From positions 61,381-125,380 of the forward strand of contig CAWJKV010000018.1 in NCBI GenBank assembly GCA_963843555.1: 64,000 nucleotides of DNA, in the 5' to 3' direction. Under the pieces are notes generated by a model that made no database searches, was not told the origin of the DNA, and saw only the letters and a program-made list of their open reading frames with translations. The translations under genes and the position numbers were made by a program. This document shows positions 33,484 to 44,261 of this stretch, piece after piece. The DNA comes from an uncultured Methanosarcinales archaeon (lineage in GTDB: Archaea > Halobacteriota > Methanosarcinia > Methanotrichales > Methanotrichaceae). The first letter of the stretch is position 1. Each line of letters starts with the position of its first letter.

Positions 33484-34111
33484 ATGGATGACTATTTAGC
33501 GGGCCTGGATCGGGCCATAAAGAAGATGCCGGCCACTCGGGAGACCAAAGAACGGTTCGTCATACCTTCCGTCAAGGTCTTTTACGAGGGCAAGACCACT
33601 GTCCTGGAGAACTTTGGGGCTATAGCGGATACTCTGAATCGCGATCCGGAACACCTCATGAAGTATCTGCTCCAGGAGATGGGAACAGCTGGTAAGATCG
33701 AAGGGCAGCGCGGGATCTTTCAGGGTAAGTTTGGCGAGACCGCCATCGCCCGCCAGATAGAGTCCTACTTCGAAGAGTACGTGGTCTGCACAGAGTGCAG
33801 GCTGCCTGATACCCATCTCATCAAGAGCGATCGTGTGCTGACTCTAAAGTGCGATGCCTGCGGTGCTCACAGGCCTGTGCGCAAGAGAAAGGCCACGCTC
33901 AGTGCAGAAGGACGTCATCGAAGAAGGTGAGACCTATGAGCTGCGCATCGAGTCCGTGGGCAACAAGGGCGACGGCATAGCCAAGGTGGACAAATACCTC
34001 ATCTTCGTGCCCAGCGCCGTCAAAGGCGAGATCGTCAAGGCCAAGATCAAGAAGATCAGCGGAACTCTGGCCTTTGCCGAGGTTGTGGAGCGGAAAGGCA
34101 AGGTATCTTAA
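33484..34111 (+). CDS. eif2b: Translation initiation factor aIF-2 beta with C-terminal TRAM domain; +1 frameshift ~33899
   Basis: NF..I...LNR...H, CTEC..PDT, CDACGA; TRAM G.KGDGIAK in next frame. Confidence 0.92.
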
Positions 34112-34112
34112 A

Positions 34113-34346
34113 ATGGAAGAGAAGATCACCCTCACCTTCACGGAGGAGCATAAGTATCAGCTTGAGTTCTCTCCGCCCGCCTTTTGGATGGAATATGCGA
34201 AAGGTTATGGTGGTCTTCCCTGGATAGAGATCAGCGACGAAAGAACTGCTATCGTCGCTGAAAACTATTCCTATCTGCTGGACCTTCTGGTTCAGGCGAG
34301 GCTATACCGGCTTAGCAAGCTGCCTTTTGAAGCGCGATTGAAGTAA
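34113..34346 (+). CDS. Hypothetical protein
   Basis: ORF tightly packed in operon, 77 aa. Confidence 0.65.
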   Translation: MEEKITLTFTEEHKYQLEFSPPAFWMEYAKGYGGLPWIEISDERTAIVAENYSYLLDLLVQARLYRLSKLPFEARLK

Positions 34347-34363
34347 TCATTAAAAGTCGATAG

Positions 34364-35105
34364 ATGTCCGAACCAATGGCATCCATGCAGGGCTACCTCA
34401 TTCGAGGCCTGCCAATCATCAACGAGGGCGATGATGTCGCCTCATTGGTCCAGTCTCTTTTTGAGTTTCAAGATGGAGATGTGCTCTGCCTTGCCAGCAC
34501 CATTGTTGCCAAGTCGGAGGGCCGTTTCCGGGATCTTGAGAGCTATCATGCCAGGCGCAGCGCGCGGCAACGATTGCCCGGGAATCGGGAAAGACCCCCG
34601 GTTTGTGCAGGCCGTCCTGGACGAATCTGTGGAGGTCTTGCTTGACCGGCCTTTTCTGCTGGTGGTGACCCGTTTTGGCCACACCGGTGTCAATGCCGGG
34701 ATCGATCAGTCCAATGTTGGGGACGAACGGATACTGCTATTGCCTGAAAACCCCAGCAAGAGCGCCGAGCGGCTGCGCGCGAGCCTCGGAAAGGACTGCG
34801 CTGTAATCATCACTGATACCTGCGGCCGGCCTTTTCGCACCGGCGTGGCTGGCGTGGCAGTGGGCTGGTCGGGCATCGCTGCACTGCGGGACTGGCGCGG
34901 GGAGTGCGACATGCACGGCAAGGTCCTGGAGATCACCATGGAGGCGATCGTGGACGAGATAGCAGCCGCTGCGAATCTGCTCATGGGCGAGGGGGGGGAT
35001 GGGACTCCAGCAGTGGTTTTCCGTGGGTTGAAGTACCCGCGCTCTGGAGGCGATCTCTTCATGGCCGAGGATAAGGACGTCATCCGGCGGCGGCTGAAGA
35101 GTTAA
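34364..35105 (+). CDS. cofE: Coenzyme F420-0:L-glutamate ligase; indels ~34545-34592
   Basis: GLP.I..GDD, KSEGR, NAGIDQSN, DTCGRPFR, DEIAAAANLLMGE. Confidence 0.9.
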
Positions 35106-35138
35106 GGTTTTATCACAGCCTGCTCGAGCTATTCTCTC

Positions 35139-35800
35139 GTGGGACCGCCAATACACGTGGTAATTCCTTTCAAGAATCAGGGAGCAAAGAGCAGACTGGC
35201 ATATACCTCTCTCCCAAAGAGCGGCGGCTTTTGTCATTTGCTATGCTCAAGGATGTCCTGGATGCTGTTTTGGGTCAAGGCCGGGCGACGATCCTCTCCA
35301 GGCCGGGTTTGAATGTCGCGGATGTCGGCTGCGATGTCGAGATCCAGGAGTCAGGGCTGGGCTTGAACGATGCCCTCAACGCATTGATCGCAGAAGAGGC
35401 CAGTCTGGGATGGCCACGGGATATACTCATCTGTATGGCCGATCTGGCTCTTTTTACAGAAAAAGATGTGGCTGGAATTCTCAATTGCCAGGGCGATGTG
35501 GTACTCTGCCCTGGAAGGGGCGGCGGCACCAACATGATCCTCATCAGGAATTCCGGGTTTCGCACCTGCTACAGGGGCTGAGCTTCCCCAAGCACCTGGC
35601 TTATGCCCGGCAGTTGGGCCTGGAGGTCTCGGTCTTCGAGTCCTTCCGGGCGGGATGCGACATCGATGAGGCGGAGGATCTGGCAGAGGTGCTGCTACAT
35701 GGACGGGGCAGGTCTAAGAGGGGCTTTGGAGGAGATGGGATTCATTCTTTCGGAAAAAGGGAGAGCAGGCCTGATTCGCCGCTCCGGCAGTGAGATTTGA
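35139..35800 (+). CDS. cofC: 2-phospho-L-lactate/PEP guanylyltransferase; ~3 frameshifts (~35205, ~35575, ~35720)
   Basis: VIPFK...KSRL, AML.DVL, GLN.AL, MADL, GGGTN, SF..H, DID...DL. Confidence 0.85.
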
Positions 35801-35859
35801 ATCTGAAGGGATAGCTTTAAGACTCCAGAGTAGCATAATATTTTGGAGGTATTAGGAGA

Positions 35860-36125
35860 ATGGGATTCAAGTATGTGTTAATAGCTTTTGCTTTGTTCGT
35901 TTGCTTTTCCAATGTGACCTTCGGTCAGAGCCCAAAGGATGGCGTAGTTCAGCCGTTCCCGGGAGAGAACATGTCCGGCAGCGAGATATACCGGGAAGTT
36001 CAGGGTGGCGTCTATACCGACCCAGCTGACACTTCGCTGTCCTTCATAAATGAGGCTCCGTTCCTCATCAATAAATATATGGGCATGAGCCCCAATGCAG
36101 TGGGCAAAGGTGTCAGGACGCCTGT
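35860..36125 (+). pseudogene. 5'-only copy of the secreted protein at 36779 (truncated at duplication junction)
   Basis: Near-identical to 36779-37040 up to GMSPNAVGKG, then runs into the cofE copy. Confidence 0.75.
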
Positions 36126-36135
36126 GAAGATCTTT

Positions 36136-36715
36136 TCGATAGATGTCCGAACCCAAGACATCCATGTAATGCTCACCAATTCTAGGCTTGTCGGTCATAG
36201 AGGTTGGCGATGATTAGCCTCTTTGGCCCAGTCTCTTTTTGAGAGTTACCATCCGGGCGTACGCGCGGCGACGATGCACTGGGAATTGGAAAGATCCAAG
36301 GTTTGTGCGGGCGGTCCTGGACGAATCTGTGGAGGTCTTGAACGGCCTTTTTTGCTTGTGGTGACCCGTTTTTGGCCAGAGTGGCATCGATGCCGGGATC
36401 GACCGGTCCAAATGTAAGGGACGGATGGATGCAGCTGATGCCCGAAACCCCTTGCAAGCCTGTGGCCGGCCTTTTCGTACTGGCGTGGCTGGTGTGGCCG
36501 TGGCTGGTCGGGCATCGCTGCCTGCGGGACTGGCTCGGGGAGTGCGACATGCGCGGCAAGGTTCTGGAGATCACCGCGGAGGTAATGGTGGATGAGGTAG
36601 CGGCCACTGCGAATCGGCTCAGAAGAGCGGCAGCTTTTGTCGTTTGCTATTTTTATGGAATTATTCCACCGGAAAAGGTTTCCATGCCTAATTCGCCGCT
36701 CAGACGGTGAGATTT
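36136..36715 (+). pseudogene. Decayed second copy of cofE plus cofC fragments
   Basis: Colinear DNA similarity to 34357-35800 with several internal deletions. Confidence 0.85.
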
Positions 36716-36778
36716 GAAATTTGAAAGGATAACTTTAAGACCTTCTGGGTAGCGTACTATTGCGGAGGTATTAGGAGA

Positions 36779-37477
36779 ATGGGATTTAAGTGTGTGTTAA
36801 TAGCTTTAGCCTTGGTCGTATGCCTTTCAAGTATGACCTTAGGCCAAGGCCCAAAGGATTACGTTGTAAAGCCGTTCCCGGGAGAGAATATGTCCGGCAG
36901 CGAGATATACCGGGAAGTTCGGGGAGGCGTCTATACCGACGCAAATGACTCTGCGCTGTCCTTCTATAATGAGAGTCTGTTCCTGATCAATCCGTATACG
37001 GGCATGAGCCCCAATGCTGTGGGCAAAGGTACGCCAGTAGTGATCTATTGGAATGGAATGAGCTATGCACCTGTGGCGGGAAATTGGTCTTTTACTCTGA
37101 CCGGTGTTGATAGAAGCTACATGATGCTCAGCCTCTACCAGAATGCAGATGCTGTTTCCGGCTCTGGTGTGCTTACGGCTAATGGATTCAACACTCCTGT
37201 CACCGCGGGAGGCACCGTCATGGGAGATAGGCTGGCATTGTTCGTGACCCCTGTGGGCACCCAGAACCTTTATCGCTTCAGCCTGACCATAACGCCCGGA
37301 TCCATGAACGGGGATTACGTCTTCACGGCTCCAGGAATAACCCAGCCGGGAGTAGCCTTCGGCAGCCTTTTGTCATCGCAGGCTCCCCCTGTTCCTGTCC
37401 AGCAGACGGCACCAACTTACCAGACCAATCCAGCCATGCAAACCAGCCCGACTCAACCGGCAGCACCCGTCTACTAG
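36779..37477 (+). CDS. Secreted hypothetical protein with Pro/Gln/Thr-rich tail
   Basis: Signal peptide, GNWSFTL beta-rich domain, AGGAG RBS, downstream terminator. Confidence 0.8.
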   Translation: MGFKCVLIALALVVCLSSMTLGQGPKDYVVKPFPGENMSGSEIYREVRGGVYTDANDSALSFYNESLFLINPYTGMSPNAVGKGTPVVIYWNGMSYAPVAGNWSFTLTGVDRSYMMLSLYQNADAVSGSGVLTANGFNTPVTAGGTVMGDRLALFVTPVGTQNLYRFSLTITPGSMNGDYVFTAPGITQPGVAFGSLLSSQAPPVPVQQTAPTYQTNPAMQTSPTQPAAPVY

Positions 37478-37494
37478 AACTGTAACTGATGGAA

Positions 37495-37524
37495 CTCCCG
37501 GATGGTCCGGGAGGCTTTTTTTTT
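37495..37524 (+). terminator. Hairpin + T9 terminator
   Basis: ctcccgga-tgg-tccgggag followed by gc-ttttttttt. Confidence 0.75.
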
Positions 37525-37651
37525 GATATGTATCATTTATTGAGCTTTTCTTTCTCTATATTTTGAGATTTCTATTTTTTTGCAGATTTGTACAGCCAGG
37601 CTACTACCATTATTAATAGCTTCAACCCAATTGACACCGGAGGTGGCAAAT

Positions 37652-38233
37652 ATGGGGTCAAATAAAATTCTGATAGCAGTAATATTATTCATCAGCCTGA
37701 TTGCGAATGCATCTTCACAAGGGTACATGGGCACAATAACCACGGGCACGGGAATAGTGCCACCTCTGGCCGTCGGCAAGGGAACAATTTCTCCCGCGAG
37801 TGTGGGCGCACTCTCAACCCAGGCGAACCTGACTGGAAGCTGGTCGGTTGATCTGAAGGGCTCAAAGGTCAGGCATCTTGACCTGCAGGTATTCCAGGAA
37901 AGCGACCTGATTATGGGGTCAGGCCAGATGCTTGCCGATGGTGCCAGCCTGGCCGTGACCGTCGCAGGGTCTGCTGCCGGGGATAGGTCAACCATTTTCG
38001 TCTCCTCCATTGAAAAACCAGAGGTATTCAGGCTGGAGCTCTCGGCATCTGGAACCGCTCTTGCCGGCGAATATGACTCTCTTGCCAGCAGTTCGAGTCG
38101 CGAATCAGGCACGGTGACTGGAAGTATATCCCTCTCATCCCAGCAGAATCAACCTACTGTGTTGGGCAGAAGCCAGAGCCCCAGTGCGACCACTGGTTCG
38201 TTTCTAGGAAATGTCAAGGAAGATCAAAAATGA
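37652..38233 (+). CDS. Secreted hypothetical protein
   Basis: GGAGG RBS, signal peptide, GSWSVDL...L.VFQ....GSG domain like 36779 protein. Confidence 0.75.
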   Translation: MGSNKILIAVILFISLIANASSQGYMGTITTGTGIVPPLAVGKGTISPASVGALSTQANLTGSWSVDLKGSKVRHLDLQVFQESDLIMGSGQMLADGASLAVTVAGSAAGDRSTIFVSSIEKPEVFRLELSASGTALAGEYDSLASSSSRESGTVTGSISLSSQQNQPTVLGRSQSPSATTGSFLGNVKEDQK

Positions 38234-38742
38234 AAGGCCTAATCGCGATATTGATTGTAATAACGGCTGCCGCATCTCCTGCCGCGGCTACATGCGCCTG
38301 TTCATCGGGAGGCGGAGCTTCCTACAATTTCCTGGGCGACTCGGCCATGAACATCGACATGGGCGGCTATGAAGAGTTCGAGCGAGATAATGTTCCCATG
38401 AGCTCGATCGCCATCCCGGATGTGAAGACGGCGTCATTGAGCCGGTTAAGCCTGAATTTGAGAGATAAACGTAGCATTTATCTCATTCTATCGATGATCC
38501 AGGGAAACATATCCGGCGAGGGAAGCATGACGGGGTTTAATGGAACTGAGACTGCAGATGCAGTGGGAACACTTCAGGGAAATACGCTATTTCTCAACGT
38601 AACTACCAGCGGTGGCGAGTTCTACAAATTCGATCTGGCCAGCGAGGGCAACACGGTAATGGGGGATTTCATCGAGACTCTGCCAAATGGAGAGAGACTC
38701 AACGGATTGGCGGAAGGCAAGTGGAGATCTGAAGCAGCCTGA
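38230..38742 (+). CDS. Secreted hypothetical protein
   Basis: Signal peptide, CAC motif, related beta-rich C-terminal domain. Confidence 0.75.
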   Translation: MKGLIAILIVITAAASPAAATCACSSGGGASYNFLGDSAMNIDMGGYEEFERDNVPMSSIAIPDVKTASLSRLSLNLRDKRSIYLILSMIQGNISGEGSMTGFNGTETADAVGTLQGNTLFLNVTTSGGEFYKFDLASEGNTVMGDFIETLPNGERLNGLAEGKWRSEAA

Positions 38743-38760
38743 TGAAAATTGGGAAATGAT

Positions 38761-40098
38761 TCAAGTCTTGGTTCCCGGGCTGAACTTCTTCATGATGCGT
38801 TTCATATTCATCTTGCCCACGCCGCCCCTCATGCCTTTGATTGCTTTTTGCATGGCCTGATGGGATTTGAGGAGCTCACGAACGAGATCTGGGGACGCAC
38901 CGCTGCCCCGGGATATGCGCTTGATGCGCGAGGCGGTTATGACTTTCGGATCCTCCAGCTCTGCGGCGGTCATGGAGTCCATAACCACCCGGTACTTATC
39001 CAGGCGGTCTTTGGTCATCTGGTATTCTTTGTCAGACAGCTCAAACCCCATGCCTCCCATGGGCAGCATCTGCATGATCTGCTTCAGGGGACCGAGCTTG
39101 TTCATGGCCTCCATCTGCTGGTACATGTCCCGGAGGGTGAACTTGCCCCGCATGAGGGATTCAACGTCGACGTTCTGGTCCGTCTGAACCTCCTGGGCCC
39201 TCTCGATAAGAGTTTTGATGTCGCCCATGCCCAGCATGCGGGAGATGAAACGGTCCGCCTCAAACTTCTCTAAGTCGGCTGGCGTCTCACCCACGCCGAT
39301 GAAGGCCACGGATGTTTTGGTCTCGGCCACTGCCGAGAGAGCTCCGCCGCCCTTGGCGGTGCCGTCCAGCTTGGTGATGATGACGCCTGTGATGGAGACG
39401 GCCTCGTTGAACGCCTTGGCCTGTTCGCTTGCCTGCTGGCCCAGAGCCGCATCCATCACCAGCAACTTTTGTTCTGCATTGACCACGCTATGGATGTCCT
39501 TCATCTCCTGGATCAGATCGCCCTCCAGGGCATGGCGTCCTGCGGTATCGACGATCCTTACATCGTACTTCTTGGTGGCCTCAAGGCCGTTCCTGGCCAC
39601 GGCAGCGGCGTCCGTGTTGCCCCTTTCGCCATAGAAGAAGATGCCCTGCTTCTCGCACAGGGCCTTGAGCTGATCAAAGGCTCCGGCGCGAAAGGTGTCG
39701 GCGCAGATGACGGCGGTGCGTAGGCCCTTTCTCTGGAAGTAGGTGGCCAGCTTTGCGGCTGTCGTGGTCTTTCCGGAGCCCTGCAGACCAACGAGCATGA
39801 TGTTCTGCTTTTTGAGGGGTACATCGGCACCGCGGCCTACCAGGTTGATCAGCTCCTGATAGACGATGTTGATGACGTGCTCGCGCGGGTTCATGCCCGC
39901 TGCAGGCTTTTCATTGAGAGCTCGTTCTTTGATGGTATTGGAGAGCTGCATTACCAGCTTCACATTCACATCCGCTTGCAGGAGTGCACGCTGAATCTCC
40001 CGCACGGCGTCATCCACCAGGGCTTTGTCGATCTTATTCGCCGACGCTATCTTTTTCAGAGCATTGCGCAGCGATCCGCCTAAGTTGTCGAGGACCAT
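38761..40098 (-). CDS. srp54: Signal recognition particle 54 kDa protein
   Basis: [26 protein letters not shown], Met-rich M domain. Confidence 0.97.
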   Translation of the reverse strand: MVLDNLGGSLRNALKKIASANKIDKALVDDAVREIQRALLQADVNVKLVMQLSNTIKERALNEKPAAGMNPREHVINIVYQELINLVGRGADVPLKKQNIMLVGLQGSGKTTTAAKLATYFQRKGLRTAVICADTFRAGAFDQLKALCEKQGIFFYGERGNTDAAAVARNGLEATKKYDVRIVDTAGRHALEGDLIQEMKDIHSVVNAEQKLLVMDAALGQQASEQAKAFNEAVSITGVIITKLDGTAKGGGALSAVAETKTSVAFIGVGETPADLEKFEADRFISRMLGMGDIKTLIERAQEVQTDQNVDVESLMRGKFTLRDMYQQMEAMNKLGPLKQIMQMLPMGGMGFELSDKEYQMTKDRLDKYRVVMDSMTAAELEDPKVITASRIKRISRGSGASPDLVRELLKSHQAMQKAIKGMRGGVGKMNMKRIMKKFSPGTKT

Positions 40099-40199
40099 AA
40101 TGCTTCGAAGTCAAGTGGTCTCTAAGCCATATAAAATGTTCCTTTTTTCAGGCGTGAGCGGTCGGGACCAAAGAATCGATTTCCTCCCATTATGCATCG

Positions 40200-40430
40200 G
40201 GATTTTCCAGGTCAGATAATGAACTCGCCTGAGATGTCGCCTGCTACTATAGTCCATTATCTCTTGAAAGGGGCGACGGCGTAATCGACCTATCGGCTGA
40301 GAATTCGGCCATTATCCGGCCGGTCCCGAGATCTCAGACCTTGAGAGTATTATCATCGGATCCCGATATTTGCGCGCTGGCCGTCCACAGACACGACTTC
40401 AAGACCCTCGTTGGTATGCCACTCCAGAGG
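40200..40430 (-). pseudogene. WD40-repeat protein C-terminal remnant
   Basis: LEWHT...VDGQRA / ISGSDDNTLKV*DLGTG..MAEF.AD / IVAGD.SG.VHYL; TGA where the WD Trp is expected. Confidence 0.65.
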
Positions 40431-40596
40431 CCGTGACAATCTTGCCATACTGCGCCATAACGCCATCCAAGGTACCTATCTCTAGTCATGCGAAAAATTT
40501 TTTGAGATGGATCGACACTTATTTCAGTCGATCTCAGGGTCACCTGAGGTGGAACATCACCCTTAAGCAGATTGACAGGCAATCTATAATGATGAT

Positions 40597-41241
40597 ATGG
40601 ACACAGTAGAATGCCTGATCTCCACGTATCCACTCTACTCAGAAGACCTGAACATAGACCTCACCAAACCCAGAGGCCGGTTCCAGTGGTTCTTGGCATC
40701 GATCCTCTTCGGTGCAAGGATTAGCGAGAAGATCGCCGCCAGGACATTCAAGACTTTTCAGGAGGCGGGGATCGATACCCCTGAGAAGATTCTGTCCGCA
40801 GGTTGGGACGGGCTGGTCAGAATCCTGGATTCCGGCGGCTATGCGCGCTACGACTTCTCCACCGCCACCAAGCTGATCAATATAATGTCGGCCTTGGGGG
40901 ACAGATACGGGTCCCTGGAGGAGCTTTACAATCGATCAAATGATGCCGAGGATTTGCAGAACCGTCTGCAGGAGTTCAAAGGCATCGGGCCGGTGACGTC
41001 GCAGATATTCTTGAGGGAGATGAGGGGTGTTTGGGATATCAATCCGGATATCTCTGACAAGGCGCTGGAGATGGCGGAGTGGCAGGGATTGGATCTGAAA
41101 GAATTCTCAAGAGAAAAGCTATCCAGAGTGGAAACGGCGCTCATCAAGCTGTATTTGAGGTGCTGCAAGAAAAAGAAATGTCCTGAATGTCCTATCTCTG
41201 AATGCCCGAGGATGGTCATCCCAGTAAAGATCCAAGATTAG
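40597..41241 (+). CDS. HhH-GPD/endonuclease III-like protein
   Basis: F.WFLASILFG.RI, L..GGY.RYD, HhH LQEFKGIGPVT, C-terminal Cys cluster. Confidence 0.75.
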   Translation: MDTVECLISTYPLYSEDLNIDLTKPRGRFQWFLASILFGARISEKIAARTFKTFQEAGIDTPEKILSAGWDGLVRILDSGGYARYDFSTATKLINIMSALGDRYGSLEELYNRSNDAEDLQNRLQEFKGIGPVTSQIFLREMRGVWDINPDISDKALEMAEWQGLDLKEFSREKLSRVETALIKLYLRCCKKKKCPECPISECPRMVIPVKIQD

Positions 41242-41985
41242 CTTTACCCCAAGTGTTAACCCAAAAGAATAATTGCAGATCAATGAGAATCCCTCGGCTG
41301 AAACGGCTTTTACATCGGCCATCGGCAGTAATCGACGCTTATCCCAAGCCTTCTTTATTGCATATCTTTTGTCAGCTCATAAGCTGGGATGAGGCTTACG
41401 GATTTGCCAGGAATCTGGCCAGTAAAGTCAAGTTCTTCTGACTTTAGTCCCGATCTGGATCGCCATCGGACGAGGAGTATATTTTCCGGCAAGGTATTCT
41501 CTGATTCCTTCTTTCTTTAAAATATGAGAATGTTTGCATCGGAGTTATGCATGGCAGAACAATATGCTCCCCTGGACCAAGATACCCGCCCGGACCAGCC
41601 TGTAACGTCATTTCCAGACGGTGCATTGTCGCGAGAGGTTTGCAGATCGCTCTGCTATTTTATTCCGATCAACATATACCATCACTGCTCAAGATCGGTC
41701 TCACAGGTTCATAGCCGAATGCATTTTAGCGAAGGCCTCGCATATTCTGAAACATTAAACGATCTCGCCTGGGAACAGCCCACCTGTGGCGGAATTAGAA
41801 CTAGAACTAAGTACGTCAGGATATGAGAACCACAAAGTTTATAATCATTATTGTTTAAATCGTCATCTGCCGTAATAGAAAAATGGTATTTTGGTTCGGG
41901 AGAGCCGCATAAGGGTTAGGCCACGGCCATATTTTGTCCAGAACCAAAAAAAAGTGGAACTAAATGCATATCCTGGAGGCGTTAC

Positions 41986-42438
41986 ATGAAAAGAAATCTT
42001 AATATACTAATCGGAGCCATTTTGATAGCTTTGATAGCACCGATGGTTGCACAAACAACACCATCATCTGCAATAGACAACTATCGTGAAGCAGTCGCTC
42101 AACCTTCCACCCCACCCGTAATAAATCCAATGGACCCCAATTACGTTTGGGGCAATCCGCTAGCAATAGATCTCAGGAACATTAATCCTGTTGTATTCCA
42201 GAATGCTGCTTTTGCCAATGAAAGAGGCGGCATATTAGGATCGAGTTTGTACACCTCAAGCATCAATGATTTCTTAAAAGCTGACGAGAAGGCAGGTTAC
42301 AGCAGTGTCCCCAAGAAAGCGGCAAAGATAGGACTTGTAGCCACTCTTGATGAAACCTATGTTCCTATTAACATGTTCGCTAATGCTTCCCTTAACACGT
42401 CCCAGAATGAGACAATGGGCCTTTCAGCCTTAAGGTGA
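41986..42438 (+). CDS. Secreted hypothetical protein
   Basis: GGAGG RBS, signal peptide. Confidence 0.65.
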   Translation: MKRNLNILIGAILIALIAPMVAQTTPSSAIDNYREAVAQPSTPPVINPMDPNYVWGNPLAIDLRNINPVVFQNAAFANERGGILGSSLYTSSINDFLKADEKAGYSSVPKKAAKIGLVATLDETYVPINMFANASLNTSQNETMGLSALR

Positions 42439-42845
42439 TAGCAGTAGGGATATAGGGATCGATCCGTAGCTCGTTGCGTTGGCCCATATGCCATGCCCAC
42501 CAAACATTCCTTTTTCTGAGTAGATGTCTGTTCGGGATATGACGCAGTTTCTCATGGAGGTAAACCTGATGATAAGGTCCCATACTCCATCCCTTTAAAG
42601 CTAAATCTAAATCGTTCGGGATGAATAGTGCGACGAAAGGTAGACAACATGTACCGATGGCAAATGGCCTATTTCTTCATTGGAAAATGAATTCTGGATT
42701 CCTTCAAGAATTGCTGCAAATTTTTCTTGTTACCGATCTTAATTGAACAAGCAGCCACCTGAATCTGAATTATCGATCAATGTATCCACGCCTGACCGAT
42801 TTGAAGAAAAATTAAGAATTGATTCATTGCGGCGGAGGAATTTTT

Positions 42846-43907
42846 CTAGGGGATGAGGTCTCTAACATCCACATAGAACGGGCTGAAATCTGCCAGATCG
42901 CCGTCAAGGGACTTGGCATAAACCCGCCATATTTCGGTCTCGGGCTGATGCCTCTTTACAATCTCAAATGCAGGATCCACAGAGTCAACAACTATCAGTA
43001 GGCAATCGATCCCTGACTCCAGCAACCTATTATTAAGAAACTTGATGAGCTCGTGCATAGCTTCAGCGTTCTTGGGATGAAAAGCAAAATTGGCCAGCAG
43101 ACGGAGATTAAAATGCTCGCCTTCAGGATGAATGGTCGGCAATTTAGTCAGGTGACCAAGAACTCGGAATATGATTCCCATGGCTTTTGAGCTCATGGGC
43201 TCTTTTGCATAGTACAGATCCGCCAGCTGCGAGAAATCCCACAATCCCGCGCAAGCAACAACTTCTTCTCCATCTTTTGCCACCCAGAAGTTTTCCATAC
43301 CATAGGCAGGAATCATATTTACGTACTTTTCAAAGCTCTCTCCCGTAAAGGGCACAAAATGAGCGCGATTCTTGTTGAAATCATTGATCAGGTTCACGAT
43401 ATCTTGAATATCCCCTATCTCAGGATGTTTTATAGAAATCTTTTGCGATATACTGGCTTTTTTGTAAACCGCAACGGCAGATTGGTTGACCGATGCCATT
43501 TCCGAATAGTTGAGCCTCGTGAACAGCGATTTTGAGGCCTGATTCGGCTCATAAATATAGCAGTAGATGTGATCTGCTCCGCGCTCTTTGGCATCCCTTT
43601 CGGCTTCGCTTACCAGCTTTGTCGCAACGCCTTTCCCGCTAGACTCGGGGCGCACCACAACCTCTGCTAGATATGCATATTTGCTCTTGCGAATGGGATC
43701 GTACTTTACCGTCCAGCCAGTCCAGCCCGCGACTTCTCCTTCATATTCCGCTACCAGGACTTTCCAATTATCATACATTCTATATCGAGCTATGATGTCT
43801 TTCTTATCAATTCCCAAAGCGCGCTTCTCATCGCCTTGCGGGCATCGCTTCTCTATCTCCAGAAGAACGGCGTTATCTATTTCTTTAAAAGGCCTGGTAG
43901 TGATCAT
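42846..43907 (-). CDS. GNAT-family N-acetyltransferase (two-domain)
   Basis: VVVRPE..GKGVATKL, N.AS..LF..L.Y. Confidence 0.85.
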   Translation of the reverse strand: MITTRPFKEIDNAVLLEIEKRCPQGDEKRALGIDKKDIIARYRMYDNWKVLVAEYEGEVAGWTGWTVKYDPIRKSKYAYLAEVVVRPESSGKGVATKLVSEAERDAKERGADHIYCYIYEPNQASKSLFTRLNYSEMASVNQSAVAVYKKASISQKISIKHPEIGDIQDIVNLINDFNKNRAHFVPFTGESFEKYVNMIPAYGMENFWVAKDGEEVVACAGLWDFSQLADLYYAKEPMSSKAMGIIFRVLGHLTKLPTIHPEGEHFNLRLLANFAFHPKNAEAMHELIKFLNNRLLESGIDCLLIVVDSVDPAFEIVKRHQPETEIWRVYAKSLDGDLADFSPFYVDVRDLIP

Positions 43908-44261
43908 ATGATCAATCTTCCGTGATATCAATCATTTTTCCAGTATTGCATCCAAAATCCGATGCTATTTTCAATTAGATTAGTTGTTTGCATTTTAAAC
44001 TTATAAATAGATTTCTTGACATTTGGCATGAGTGAATGGAGGAGGAACTTTTGAATTTAATGCTATTGATTTCATCAGTATTATCCGCCTAACGTGCCTT
44101 TCGCTTTGAGCCATATGTTTCAAACACCCTCACAATGATATTGACTTAGAGTAAAAATTGAGCTTGACCGATTATTTATTCAGATCGAAATATTTATGAT
44201 TCGGTCAATTGTAAGAGGTTCTTTTGAAGCTATTTTAAGCCTTCATGAGATCTCATCAGCA

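Noticed and set aside
33484..34111. Programmed frameshift separating aIF-2beta from its TRAM domain
   Set aside because: No slippery sequence at the site; same +1 pattern as many other genes, so an error is more likely.
36372..36710. 112-aa ORF as a novel membrane protein
   Set aside because: Spurious product of the decayed cofE duplicate.
41245..41830. Short ORFs between the HhH gene and 41986
   Set aside because: Possibly a decayed gene, but no family recognisable in any frame.
41889..41949. ttttggttc...gaaccaaaa inverted repeat as a MITE
   Set aside because: Only ~60 bp, single copy in the window, no target-site duplication; more likely a 5' UTR stem.
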